Assembly: GCA_000708835.1 (NCBI GenBank)
Contig: DF237104.1
Span: forward strand, 62,001 to 126,000
DNA length: 64,000 bases
Source of the DNA: Klebsormidium nitens
Taxonomy: Eukaryota > Plantae > Klebsormidiophyceae
Reading direction: 5' to 3'
The position numbers and the translations under genes were made by a program. Below the pieces are notes generated by a model. The model ran no database searches and had not been told where the DNA came from. It saw only the letters and a program-made list of their open reading frames with translations. Every line of letters begins with the position of its first letter. Positions within the stretch are counted from its first letter, which is position 1. Shown here in pieces: positions 63,001 through 64,000 of the stretch.

Positions 63001-64000
63001 ACCCTCCTGCTTACCTGTCAAACGCGTGCAGCATCATCAGCCGCTCGCACAGCTCCTCCAGTTTCGGACGGTCCGCACGCCCGACGGCGTCCACCTTGTT
63101 CAGCACAAGCGCGTGCTTCTGACCGGTCGGCAACTGCTCGCCTAGCTTGGCAATCATGCGAGGGATCCGCGGATCCGGCCTGCGTTAACACAATTCGGAC
63201 GGTCAAAATCTGGGCGCATAAGTAAAGCCGTCAGACGGTCTATGATCACTTCGACCTACATTTGAACCGTCCGCATAGAGAGTTTGGACCGTCCGGAAAT
63301 AGCTCGCCAGCTTGGCAACCATAAGCGGTATTCATGGATCAAGCCTGCCAAGGTCCGGACGGTCCGCAACTACTGCACTTGTAATCGGACCGTTCGCAAA
63401 GAGAAAGCAAAATTTGGACCGTTGACAGAGCTTGTCAGATTGCCCTTCAGTGAGACAAGCTCGGGTCCAGTGGCAAAACAGGGAGGGTTTGGGCAGTCTA
63501 GCGCGCACTTGATAGAAAGAATCAAATACCGGACCGTCCACAACAAAGAGACATCTCCCGTGCCACTCGTTACAGAATATTCCCTCAGCTTTCTTTTTCC
63601 ATGCTCGTCGACCACGACAACGACGGGACGGCAGTCCACCTCCGCTCTTTGCGCCCACTTCGCTCTCACCCCTCTGCGCTTTTTACACTTTCCTAAAAAC
63701 CAAACATACTGAGACAAAAACAATAGGCTCAGCTGAATCCCAAAGTCCTGACTTCCAGAACCTTTGTTTCTCTCCTCTCGGTTTTCCCGCGCGACGTCGA
63801 TCACAACAATGACGACATCGCAGTCCACGCCCGCCCTCTGCGGCGGATTCACCAGCTGTTGGTTCGTGGTGACCTTGTCAAAAACCAAGAAAAAATTACA
63901 ACAATATTCACATTCCATCAAACAGAACAGGCTTGATAGCATCACTATCCCTCATATTCCGGAGTTCCTCACCTCTCAATCTCCCGCGCAACGTCGATCA
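60093..64000 (-). CDS. era: Era-family GTPase with KH domain (organellar ERG-like); 3' part only
   Basis: Exons: 64000-63973 (IDVAREIER), 63179-63015 (PDPRIPRMIAKLGEQLPTGQKHALVLNKVD..., G4 NKxD), ~62462-62396 (CFVTSGKRGLGLKQL), ~61880-61758 (AVLRPWE...MDIVRQHLLDRLHKEIPYK), ~61284-61156 (EIRQDLIVDRKKIKAMVVGKKGATIK, KH GxxG loop) and 60183-60093 (QITLGAREELGEILGRRIELFLNIRVEGT*). Confidence 0.9.
61625..61715 (-). mobile_element. Truncated, diverged relative of the 47971/54845 MITE family in an Era intron (another fragment at ~46778-46830)
   Basis: The reverse strand reads cacctgctccgcacccgtaccgaacctgaacccgaaccaaccctacc, sharing the core gctccgcacccgtac. Confidence 0.55.
62725..62960 (-). repeat. 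Two copies of the 3' end plus donor of the Era NKVD exon
   Basis: cctgcttacctgtcaaa at 62865 and 63007, and a third diverged unit at ~62729; period ~142 bp. Confidence 0.85.

Overview
Intron-rich eukaryotic nuclear DNA with GT-AG introns and GC-rich exons. Plant-type RAPTOR, TFIIA-gamma and Era, plus a polycystin-like gene, suggest a green alga, probably a streptophyte such as Klebsormidium (inference, not verified). I could assemble nine spliced genes by hand. (1) 5' part of a PKD2/polycystin-like channel (-). (2) KRTCAP2/KCP2 OST subunit (-). (3) Secreted amidase-signature enzyme (+). (4) RAPTOR (-), head-to-head with (5) TFIIA-gamma (+). (6) A1 aspartic protease (+). (7, 8) A divergently oriented pair of hemerythrin/HHE-domain paralogs. 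(9) 3' part of an Era GTPase (-). There are also several non-autonomous MITE-like elements, including a nested pair. The most striking unexplained structure is that many introns of the amidase, RAPTOR, protease, hemerythrin and Era genes carry serial, degenerating tandem copies ('shadows') of the adjacent splice junction. Their unit lengths often fall at about 135-165 bp. In the two hemerythrin paralogs the same junction is shadowed, and each shadow resembles its own gene more than the paralog. Exon coordinates and repeat periods were read by eye and may be off by a few bases.
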